Assembly (NCBI GenBank): GCA_030674455.1
Contig: JAUSGQ010000015.1
Location: forward strand, 5,574-69,573
DNA length: 64,000 nt
Direction of reading: 5' to 3'
DNA from: a bacterium
GTDB taxonomy: Bacteria; Patescibacteriota; Minisyncoccia; Phycocordibacterales; UBA2100
The position numbers and the translations under genes were made by a program. Position 1 is the stretch's first letter, and every line of letters starts with the position of its first letter. The notes under the pieces were generated by a model, which was not told the origin of the DNA, did not search any database, and saw nothing but the letters and a program-made list of their open reading frames with translations. This document shows, piece by piece, positions 17,072-24,044 of this stretch.

Positions 17072-17207
17072 GTGCCAATCAACGAATGAATTCCAATCTA
17101 CAAATAACTGCGAATAAAATACGCTCACCGTCTACAGGTGCCGACCAATGACCGGTCGGCCATTTGTAGCCATTTGTAGTATTCGGATGATTTGTATATT
17201 GGGACAT
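17072..17207. repeat. MITE-like intercistronic element R1 (ends GTGCCAATCAACGAATGAATTCCAATCTACAAAT ... ATTTGTATATTGGGAC), carrying the nested GTCTACAGGTGCCGACCAATGACCGGTCGGC palindrome
   Basis: Shares more than 100 bp with R5 (35290-35459) and R6 (37475-37640). Confidence 0.8.
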
Positions 17208-17210
17208 AGG

Positions 17211-17795
17211 TTATTTCACTGAAAGACGTTCGAATCTGACTACTTCTATCTTCTCGCCGAATTTCTGAATGGCTGAATCTATGAGCCCGCGAATCGTTAT
17301 CGTCGGGTCTTTTACATACGACTGTTCCAGAAGTATGCGTTCTTTGAGGTAGCTCTCGATCTTGCCCTCAACCGCGCGCACTCGCACCGCCTCGGGAAGA
17401 CTCTCGGCTTCTTTTTCAAACACTTCCAGAGCCGCCCGCTTGTCTGCATCTTTCACGTCCGCGCGCGACCTGAACTGCGGGTTCATCGCTGCGACATGCA
17501 TCGCGATTCCGTATGCCAATTTCGCAAATTCCTCGTTCTTCGCGACGAAGTCGGTCTCGCACGCGAGAACGACCGCTCCGACGACGCTTCCGCCGGCATG
17601 CGTGTAGGCGCTCGCGACCCCAGCGCCGAGCGCGCGGCCGGATTTCTTCGACGCTATCGAGGAACTCTGTTTGCGAAGAATTACTTTCGCCTTCTCCATG
17701 TCGCCACCAGCCTCCTGCAGAGCTTTCTTGCACTGCATGACTGAAACGCCGGTCTCATCTCGTAAAGATTTAATGAGTTCAGTAGTTATTTCCAT
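17211..17795 (-). CDS. tsf: Elongation factor Ts
   Basis: N-terminal UBA-like ITTELIKSLRDETGVSVMQCKKALQEAGGDMEKA and the dimerisation domain. Start taken at MEITTE; the longer ORF reads into repeat R2. Confidence 0.9.
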   Translation of the reverse strand: MEITTELIKSLRDETGVSVMQCKKALQEAGGDMEKAKVILRKQSSSIASKKSGRALGAGVASAYTHAGGSVVGAVVLACETDFVAKNEEFAKLAYGIAMHVAAMNPQFRSRADVKDADKRAALEVFEKEAESLPEAVRVRAVEGKIESYLKERILLEQSYVKDPTITIRGLIDSAIQKFGEKIEVVRFERLSVK

Positions 17796-17901
17796 AAGAT
17801 GTTCCAATCTACAAATACATTCCAATCTACAAATTACCACGAATATGACGTGGTGTTATTTGTGGATATTTGTAGCATTCGCATCATTCGCAGATTGGGA
17901 C
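17794..17901. repeat. MITE-like element R2 between rpsB and tsf; it encodes the last 14 aa and the stop codon of rpsB
   Basis: CATAAGATGTTCCAATCTACAAAT...GCAGATTGGGAC. The rpsB C-terminus SQSANDANATNIHK* lies inside the element. Confidence 0.75.
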
Positions 17902-18644
17902 TTCCCCTTCTCGTATGCCTCCGCAATCGCGTTCACCACGAGCCGGATACTGCGCACGGATGTGTCGTTCGCCGGCACCGGATACTGCACTTGAGAAAAG
18001 TCGCAGTCCGAGCTTGAAAGGCCGATGACTGGAATTCCCAACTGGTTCGCCTCGCGTACCGCTGTAAACTCACGCTTCGTATCTACGATGAAAAGCGCCG
18101 CCGGAAGGTCAAGCATTTTCACCAATCCGCCAAAGCGCGCAAGAAGCTCTGTTATCTCCCGGTCAATGAGAAGGCGTTCTTTTTTCGTGTACTTCTCAAG
18201 CTCGCCCGAGTCACGTTCGCTCATAAGCTTTTCCAAACGGTCGATTCGCTTTCGGATATTCTTGAAATTCGTGAGCGAGCCCCCTATCCAGCGTCCGGCA
18301 ACATACGGCGCGCCAATACGCAGGGCGACTTCCTTAACGATATCAACCGCCTCATTCTTGCCGCCGACGAAGAGAAGCTGTTTTGAACTCACAGACTTCG
18401 CACCAGCTTGCGGAGCGCCAACAGCGGGAGTATTACCCGCGATAGAACGCGCGAATTCGCAAGCCGCCTCGAGGCGCTTCTGGGTTTGCTCAAGGTCAAA
18501 AATGTCGTTGCGGTCTTTAGTGCCGAAAATGAAAGGCGAAGCTGTTGGGTGGCGGCGCGTGCGCGAATAGCCAAAATGTGCGCCTGCATCAAACAGAGTT
18601 TTAATGTCTTGTGTTCCTGCGGTCACCCCATTAGAAGTTATCAT
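17856..18644 (-). CDS. rpsB: 30S ribosomal protein S2
   Basis: HFGYSRTRRHPTASPFIFG...and a conserved S2 core. An alternative start lies at 18680. Confidence 0.9.
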   Translation of the reverse strand: MITSNGVTAGTQDIKTLFDAGAHFGYSRTRRHPTASPFIFGTKDRNDIFDLEQTQKRLEAACEFARSIAGNTPAVGAPQAGAKSVSSKQLLFVGGKNEAVDIVKEVALRIGAPYVAGRWIGGSLTNFKNIRKRIDRLEKLMSERDSGELEKYTKKERLLIDREITELLARFGGLVKMLDLPAALFIVDTKREFTAVREANQLGIPVIGLSSSDCDFSQVQYPVPANDTSVRSIRLVVNAIAEAYEKGKSQSANDANATNIHK

Positions 18645-18845
18645 GGTTGTATGTGATTGTTTTTTGGATTCTTTAAGCACCCCCTCGTCGCATTAAAACC
18701 ACGCGTTTTCTGAACTTCAAACGGGGCAGGTGTCGCGCGAGTGTATCACAGGCAATAGGCACTAGGCAAATGACCGTACAGTCCGTAACCAGCAGTTACT
18801 AGTTAGTTGTCAATGTACCAAGGGGCGCCCTTGCCGCTTCTTTGT

Positions 18846-18883
18846 ATTGCTTTAGCAAATGCGGCCGCATTTTCTAAAGCAAT
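18846..18883. promoter_or_regulatory. Palindrome ATTGCTTTAGCAAATGCGGCCGCATTTTCTAAAGCAAT (core ATGCGGCCGCAT) in the rpsB upstream region
   Basis: One of three ATGCGGCCGCAT-centred long palindromes in the window; the others are at 20989-21028 and 40015-40056. Confidence 0.6.
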
Positions 18884-19006
18884 ATGCAGTCATACCAACA
18901 TTTTCAGTATCCGATACTTAGTTATAGACCTAAGTATCTGGATGCAAAAATCGCGAGACGCTCTGGACACTTTCGCCACTTTGTACTTATTGGTATCGTA
19001 TAGGTT

Positions 19007-19348
19007 ATGGGAAAACGCATGATAGTCCGGCGTCGGAACATACCCTGCTCGATATGCGAGAGGGTCATGCACGTTGTTTTCTACAGAGACCGTAGCTATC
19101 GCGGCGGACATTATTTTGGAAAAATTCCGATGTATCGGAAATCGGAGTTGGACAAAATGAGGCATCGCGGGCTCCACAAATCAAACATCACTCCAACGTG
19201 GACAGTCGATGTCTACAATTATGACCCCAAGCCATATGCTCATTTCGAGTATTGGGAGTGTCCGGAATGCTACTGGCATCCGAGAGTAAGAATCAACGAG
19301 ATACGCGCTTCTCGGGTCAAGGTTGCAGTGAAAAAGAAGAGGTGCTAA
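19007..19348 (+). CDS. Hypothetical Cys-rich (CxxC...CxxC) zinc-ribbon protein
   Basis: 113 aa with PCSICERV and ECPECYW motifs. Basic. Confidence 0.45.
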   Translation: MGKRMIVRRRNIPCSICERVMHVVFYRDRSYRGGHYFGKIPMYRKSELDKMRHRGLHKSNITPTWTVDVYNYDPKPYAHFEYWECPECYWHPRVRINEIRASRVKVAVKKKRC

Positions 19349-19382
19349 AAGCGTCTACTAAATCGCTGGATTCTACAAGTGC

Positions 19383-19420
19383 TTGCACAATTTTGTACAT
19401 TTTGTACAATGTGTGCATGA
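19383..19420. promoter_or_regulatory. Nested inverted repeat GCTTGCACAA-TTTTGTACATTTTGTACAA-TGTGTGCATG overlapping the phd start (candidate toxin-antitoxin operator)
   Basis: Read from the sequence. A TTGTACA direct/inverted repeat flanked by TGCACAA/TTGTGCA. Confidence 0.5.
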
Positions 19421-19668
19421 AGATTCTCACAACAACCAGCGCGCGCAAGCACATCGGAGACATTGTGAATCGCGCGAAATACCGCGGTGAGGTTTTTGCG
19501 ATCGGCAGGCGCGACTCGATTGATGCGGTTCTCATTGGATTCCCCAGATTCTACAATGCGGCGCTGGACGACATAACGAATGTGAACGCGTATTCCAGAA
19601 GCTTCGATTTTTTGGAGAACGAGCCCGATATCTATTCCGCTTCCGATTTGAAGGAGCGCTATGTCTAA
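19417..19668 (+). CDS. Phd/YefM-family antitoxin
   Basis: MKILTTTSARKHIGDIVNRAKYRGEVFAIGRR... is a typical Phd/YefM N-terminus. The stop overlaps the toxin start. Start taken at the internal M. Confidence 0.7.
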   Translation: MKILTTTSARKHIGDIVNRAKYRGEVFAIGRRDSIDAVLIGFPRFYNAALDDITNVNAYSRSFDFLENEPDIYSASDLKERYV

Positions 19669-19981
19669 AGGGCGCATTGTCCTCATTCCATTCCCTTTCA
19701 CCGACCTCTCGGGACAGAAAGTTCGTCCCGCGCTTATACTGCACGTATCGCGCGGCGATGATTGCATCGTCGCATTCATTTCTTCGCGAGCCGAGCAGAA
19801 AAGTCCTTTTGATGTTCGCATCTCCGCGACACATGCGAACGGCCTCAAAATAAATTCGGTCATAAAAGTCGATAAGCTCGCGACACTGCAAAAGAAGATT
19901 GTTATCGGTGAGCTAGGCGTTGCAGAACATCCGGTGCGTCGCGCCGTGGACGCGGCACTGCGGAAATTACTCCGCGTATGA
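19661..19981 (+). CDS. MazF/PemK-family toxin (type II toxin-antitoxin endoribonuclease)
   Basis: KGRIVLIPFPFTDLSGQKVRPALILH is the MazF/PemK signature. 8 bp overlap with the antitoxin gene. Confidence 0.75.
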   Translation: MSKGRIVLIPFPFTDLSGQKVRPALILHVSRGDDCIVAFISSRAEQKSPFDVRISATHANGLKINSVIKVDKLATLQKKIVIGELGVAEHPVRRAVDAALRKLLRV

Positions 19982-20019
19982 ACGTGTGGACGCAGACGAG
20001 GTAAATTCATGATAAAGTA

Positions 20020-20631
20020 GTGCTTATGAATAAACACAGCAAAGAACGCACGCTCGTTATCATCAAGCCCGATGGCATCCAGCGCTCGCTCATCGGCGAA
20101 ATAATGGTGCGATACGAACGGCTCGGCCTCAAGTTGGTTGGCCTCAAAATGGTCATCCCTACCACAGAGCAAATCGAGGGCCACTACACACTAGACCCGA
20201 ATTGGCGGCGCGTAACGGGCGAAAAGACGATTAAGAGCTACCGCGACCGGGGGCTTCCCCCACCGTCGGAAGACCCGCTCGCGATTACGGCGGTAATTCT
20301 CAAAAATCTCAAAAAGTACATGACAGCCGGCCCCGTCATCTGCATGGTGTGGGAGGGCGCGCACGCGGTAGAGCTCGTCCGCAAGATTACAGGCGGCACG
20401 GAACCGCGCTCGGCGCAAGTTGGAACCATCCGCGGAGACTTCGTGCTGGATTCCTACATAATGTCAGACCAAGACGACAGGGCCGTACGCAATCTCATCC
20501 ACGCTTCCGGTTCTGTTCCCGAAGCGGAAATGGAAATCCCCCACTGGTTCGAAAAAGAAGAGCTTATTGATTACAAAGTCTCGCACGAAGATATCATTTA
20601 CGGAAAAGAGTTGGAGGGAATTCTTCCTTGA
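20020..20631 (+). CDS. ndk: Nucleoside diphosphate kinase (long form with insert)
   Basis: ERTLVIIKPDGIQRSLIGEIMVRYERLGLKLVGLKM and the NLIHASGS active-site region. Confidence 0.85.
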   Translation: MLMNKHSKERTLVIIKPDGIQRSLIGEIMVRYERLGLKLVGLKMVIPTTEQIEGHYTLDPNWRRVTGEKTIKSYRDRGLPPPSEDPLAITAVILKNLKKYMTAGPVICMVWEGAHAVELVRKITGGTEPRSAQVGTIRGDFVLDSYIMSDQDDRAVRNLIHASGSVPEAEMEIPHWFEKEELIDYKVSHEDIIYGKELEGILP

Positions 20632-20942
20632 CCAAACGCGAGTGTATCTTGCATTAAGTATCTGTGAACAACTTCCTTTACAAATTTTTATGTCGCGGGA
20701 TACTTAACCCAGCGACAGGTATCACACCTGCTGGTACAACTTAGGGAGCTCGAATCGCTTCATGCTTTTGGTGTGAATGCTGAGAGCACCCACCTGGTAA
20801 AACCCAGGCTTGCCGTGCCTGCCGCGCCTTGCCGCCCCGCTAACTGCGGGGCGCTAGAGCGTAAGGGTAATCTAAAGACTGAAAGACAAACTCGAGAGCG
20901 TGCCGCAAGATGGAAAGGGCGTTTTCGGGGCCGCCCATAGAA

Positions 20943-20972
20943 ACTCCGCATCCGCGGGGTTTTTGTGTTTTA
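20943..20972 (+). terminator. Rho-independent terminator module CTCCGCATCCGCGGGG-TTTTTGTGTTTT (copy 1)
   Basis: GC hairpin plus a T run. The identical 32 bp module ATAGAAACTCCGCATCCGCGGGGTTTTTGTGT recurs at 21650-21684 after relE. Confidence 0.6.
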
Positions 20973-20988
20973 GGGAGTGCGGATGCGG

Positions 20989-21028
20989 TATCATCGTAGC
21001 CGATGCGGCCGCATCGGCTATGATGATA
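20989..21028. promoter_or_regulatory. Palindrome TATCATCGTAGCCGATGCGGCCGCATCGGCTATGATGATA (ATGCGGCCGCAT core) abutting the relBE -35 TTGACA (21034-21039)
   Basis: Read from the sequence. Operator-like position immediately upstream of the TTGACA...TATA(T/A)A promoter, 30 bp before the relB ATG. Confidence 0.6.
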
Positions 21029-21068
21029 CGGTCTTGACATATGTTTAAGCTATATATAAACTATACGC

Positions 21069-21335
21069 ATGACTACACAGGTGGTATTTAATATAGACTC
21101 GAAGGTAAAGGCGCGCGCAATGGAACGAGCCAAGCGCGAGGGTATTCCCTTTGCTTCAGTGTTGAAGCTCGCCACAAAAGCTTTTGCCGAGGGGCAATTC
21201 TCCATTGGAATCGTTGATGAAATTCTTCCTCAAAAGATGCGGCTGCTTGAGCGTGAGTCAAAATTGCTTGACAAAGGAAAAGGCCGTCGTTTTTCTTCTG
21301 TGAAAGACGCTCTCGCTTTTGTGGAGCATCTATAA
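21069..21335 (+). CDS. RelB/DinJ-like antitoxin
   Basis: 88 aa with a ribbon-helix-helix-like N-terminus (VVFNIDSKVKARAMERAKREG). Immediately upstream of the RelE-like toxin. Confidence 0.55.
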   Translation: MTTQVVFNIDSKVKARAMERAKREGIPFASVLKLATKAFAEGQFSIGIVDEILPQKMRLLERESKLLDKGKGRRFSSVKDALAFVEHL

Positions 21336-21338
21336 TAT

Positions 21339-21620
21339 ATGCGCGAGCGAGAACCGAATCGGCTGACTTTCTCGCCTTGGTTCGAGAAGGTGCTTCGGTC
21401 CTTAAAACGAAAGAATCCGAATCTGGTTCGCGCGTTTGCAAAACACCTGCCAAAAATTGTTGCGAATCCAGAACTGGGCAAGCCGTTACGACATTCTCTT
21501 CGAAACTATCGTCGCATTCATATTGAAGGTTCATTTGTCCTTTTGTATGAGATACGAGAACGCGAGGTATACCTTATTGACCTCGACCACCACGATAAGG
21601 TATACAAAAAATACTCGTAG
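21339..21620 (+). CDS. RelE/ParE-family toxin
   Basis: 93 aa with ...LRNYRRIHIEGSFVLLYEIREREVYLIDLDHH typical of RelE/YoeB-like mRNA interferases. Confidence 0.65.
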   Translation: MREREPNRLTFSPWFEKVLRSLKRKNPNLVRAFAKHLPKIVANPELGKPLRHSLRNYRRIHIEGSFVLLYEIREREVYLIDLDHHDKVYKKYS

Positions 21621-21659
21621 TCGGACTCAAAGGGCTACCCTTGGAATGGTTCATAGAAA

Positions 21660-21684
21660 CTCCGCATCCGCGGGGTTTTTGTGT
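21660..21684 (+). terminator. Rho-independent terminator module (copy 2) after relE
   Basis: CTCCGCATCCGCGGGG-TTTTTGTGT. Confidence 0.65.
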
Positions 21685-21688
21685 AATA

Positions 21689-22186
21689 CTATTGTCCTCT
21701 TGTCGTTCTTTCAATCATTTTATTGAGATCATCTAAATACGGACCCTGGCAATTGGCTAATTTAAAGAAGGTTATATACCCACTTATAACTGCACCCTTG
21801 GCAAATCCTTGCGCTGTGTCTTTTTCATAATCTCTGACGTCAACGATACAGTTCATCCCAAGCATCCTTGTTCCATCGGTTAGAGAAGGTCCTTCCAAAT
21901 AAATCTCACAGTTACTTATTGACCCGCCCTTAATTACCGTAGCGCCACCGCCGACTTTTGCGGGCGTACACGTTTTATAGTTTCTCGTAAAGCAGTTTTG
22001 ATCAGTGCCACAGTCAATAGCGTTGTTAGTTGCTGAAGTTGAGGGTTGCGTAGTAACTTGACTAGTAACCTGTGTCGCTGGTGTGTTTGATGTAGATTTT
22101 GATTGTTGATTTTTATTAAAGTAAAAATAACCAAAACCCGCAACTACCAGTAGAACAATCAAATCGATTATAATTTTTTTACTCAT
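21689..22186 (-). CDS. Hypothetical secreted protein (TM anchor, Thr/Ser-rich linker, Cys-containing globular domain)
   Basis: 165 aa ORF. No family recognised. Confidence 0.45.
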   Translation of the reverse strand: MSKKIIIDLIVLLVVAGFGYFYFNKNQQSKSTSNTPATQVTSQVTTQPSTSATNNAIDCGTDQNCFTRNYKTCTPAKVGGGATVIKGGSISNCEIYLEGPSLTDGTRMLGMNCIVDVRDYEKDTAQGFAKGAVISGYITFFKLANCQGPYLDDLNKMIERTTRGQ

Positions 22187-22330
22187 ATCATTTAATAATC
22201 ATTTCTTTTTATTTCTAATGCCGTAATGCTACCCCCCCCTCAAGATACGCAAGCGACAAAAAAGGAAAGGTCCTCGGAAGTTCACCTCCGTGTTTGAAGG
22301 GGACACCTTGACGCTCCCAGCTTCAACGAG

Positions 22331-22388
22331 AAGGTACGAGGTTTTTTGACGGTACGGGTTCATCTTCCGTCAAAAAACCTCGTACCTT
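22331..22388. other. Long perfect hairpin (22 nt arms AAGGTACGAGGTTTTTTGACGG / CCGTCAAAAAACCTCGTACCTT)
   Basis: Read from the sequence. Lies upstream of the leuC promoter motif. Confidence 0.6.
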
Positions 22389-22398
22389 TGAGCCCCTC

Positions 22399-22436
22399 CC
22401 TCTCGCAAGAGAGGCCAGGTTTGTTATATTAGTAAG
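22399..22436 (+). promoter_or_regulatory. Conserved promoter-like motif CTCTCGCAAGAGAGGCCAGGTTTGTTATATTAGTAAG (-10 TATATT 22425-22430) upstream of leuC
   Basis: An almost identical motif sits upstream of leuA (25269-25306). Confidence 0.55.
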
Positions 22437-22449
22437 TACAACTAAATGT

Positions 22450-23907
22450 ATGGCAAAAGCAAAAACTGAAACAACAAGCAAGGCGACAAAAAAGACCCTG
22501 TACGAAAAGCTGTGGGATGCGCATGTGGTGCGCGAAGCAAAGGGCGAACCTACTATATTGTATATAGACCTGCATCTAATCCACGAGGTTACTACGCCGC
22601 AGGCATTCACCGGATTGCACAACCGCAAACTGCCTGTTCGCCGTACCGACCTCACCATCGCGACCATGGACCATTCGGTGCCTTCCGCAAATCGCAAGAA
22701 GCTCCCGTGGCCCGACGTCATGGCGCAAAAGCAAGTAGAGATGCTGGCGAAGAACTGCAAGAAGCATGGCATCACGCTCTACGGTCTCGACAGCGAGCAT
22801 CAGGGTATCGTACACGTCATCGGGCCGGAACTTGGTATCACACAACCGGGAAAAACAATCGTCTGCGGAGACAGCCACACATCCACGCACGGCGCTTTCG
22901 GTGCGCTTGCCTTCGGCATCGGCACGTCGGAAGTCGAGCACGTACTCGCCACACAGTGCCTGCTTCAGAACAAAACAAAAACGATGGCAATCACCGTAAA
23001 CGGCTCGCTCAAGCCCGGCGTCTATTCCAAAGACATTATCCTGCGCATCATCCACGAGCTCGGCATCGGCGGAGGAACCGGCTATACCTTTGAATATCGC
23101 GGGAGCGCCATCCGCGCCCTCTCGATGGAAGCGCGCATGTCGATCTGCAATATGAGTATCGAAGCCGGCGCGCGCGCGGGAATAATAGCTCCCGACCAGA
23201 CCACAATTGATTACCTCGAAAAGCGCGTGAAATTCAAAAATGATGGCCGTCTACAGGTGCCGACCATGGACCGGTCGGCCGAAAAAAAGCAGGCCATCGC
23301 GAAGTGGCTCTCATGGCAATCCGATGAAGGCGCAAAATTCGACGAAGAACTCATCATTGATGCGGCTACTATTGAGCCGATGGTCACATGGGGTACGAAC
23401 CCGGGCATGTCTGTCGGCATCAGCCAAAAAATCCCAAAAGAAGAAAACGAGGACATCAAAAAAGCACTGGAGTATATGGGGCTCAAGGGAGGCCAAATGA
23501 TGCGCGGGCAAAAAATTGATTACGTATTTTTCGGCAGCTGCACCAACTCCCGCATTGAAGACCTGCGCATAGAAGCGAATATCCTCAAAGGCAAAAAAAT
23601 CGCTCCCGGCGTCACCGTCTTCGCGGTTCCCGGCTCATTCGAGGTCAAAAAGCAGGCCGAAGCCGAGGGACTCCACAAAATATTTCTCGATGCCGGGTGT
23701 GAGTGGCGCGAAGCTGGCTGCTCAATGTGCATCGGCATGAATGGCGACCTTGTGCCTTCGGGAAAATACTGCGCTTCCACTTCAAACCGCAACTTCATCG
23801 GCCGCCAAGGCCGAGGAGCCCGCACGCTCCTCATGTCGCCCGCGATGGCCGCGGTCGCCGCAATTCTAGGCGCTGTCGGCGATTCCCGCGACTACATAAA
23901 GATATGA
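22450..23907 (+). CDS. leuC: 3-isopropylmalate dehydratase large subunit
   Basis: Aconitase-family motifs (GDSHT, SCTNSRIEDL, CIGMNGD). Contains a roughly 12 aa in-frame insertion RLQVPTMDRSAE encoded by the GTCTACAGG palindromic element at 23248-23280. Confidence 0.9.
   Translation: MAKAKTETTSKATKKTLYEKLWDAHVVREAKGEPTILYIDLHLIHEVTTPQAFTGLHNRKLPVRRTDLTIATMDHSVPSANRKKLPWPDVMAQKQVEMLAKNCKKHGITLYGLDSEHQGIVHVIGPELGITQPGKTIVCGDSHTSTHGAFGALAFGIGTSEVEHVLATQCLLQNKTKTMAITVNGSLKPGVYSKDIILRIIHELGIGGGTGYTFEYRGSAIRALSMEARMSICNMSIEAGARAGIIAPDQTTIDYLEKRVKFKNDGRLQVPTMDRSAEKKQAIAKWLSWQSDEGAKFDEELIIDAATIEPMVTWGTNPGMSVGISQKIPKEENEDIKKALEYMGLKGGQMMRGQKIDYVFFGSCTNSRIEDLRIEANILKGKKIAPGVTVFAVPGSFEVKKQAEAEGLHKIFLDAGCEWREAGCSMCIGMNGDLVPSGKYCASTSNRNFIGRQGRGARTLLMSPAMAAVAAILGAVGDSRDYIKI
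23248..23280 (+). repeat. In-frame copy of the palindromic element CGTCTACAGGTGCCGACCATGGACCGGTCGGCC within leuC
   Basis: Identical core to the intergenic copies in R1, R5 and R6. E. coli LeuC lacks these roughly 12 residues at this position. Confidence 0.75.
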
Positions 23908-24040
23908 AGTCCCAATCTACAAATGATACGAATACTACCTGCCCGCCGAAGCCTCGGCGCAGGCGGGCGAATGGCTACGAATACACGTGGTTTAACATTT
24001 GTAGTTATTTGTAGATTGGAATAAATTTGTAGATTGGTAC
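23908..24040. repeat. MITE-like intercistronic element R3, filling the leuC stop to leuD start gap
   Basis: AGTCCCAATCTACAAAT...ATTTGTAGATTGGTACACCT-ATG, with a nested GC hairpin module CCTGCCCGCCGAAGCCTCGGCGCAGGCGGGCG. Confidence 0.8.
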
Positions 24041-24044
24041 ACCT

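Noticed and set aside
19345-20184. 279 aa minus-strand ORF overlapping the toxin-antitoxin pair and ndk
   Set aside because: It is antisense to well-supported Phd/MazF and Ndk genes. The protein is low-complexity and Arg-rich with no motifs, so it is a GC-skew artefact.
20780-20840. RNase P RNA in the ndk-relB intergenic region
   Set aside because: Strings resembling CR-III/CR-V (GAGAGCACCC, GGUAAAACCCAGGCUUG) are present, but they are adjacent instead of about 150 nt apart. No CR-I (GGAAAGUCCGGGC) or P4 partner could be found on either strand.
22200-22450. T-box riboswitch or leucine leader-peptide attenuator upstream of leuC and leuA
   Set aside because: There is no T-box consensus (AATTAGGGTGGTACCGCG-like) or specifier/antiterminator architecture. 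The distance from the -10-like TATATT to the ATG is only 20-29 nt, and there is no Leu-rich leader ORF.
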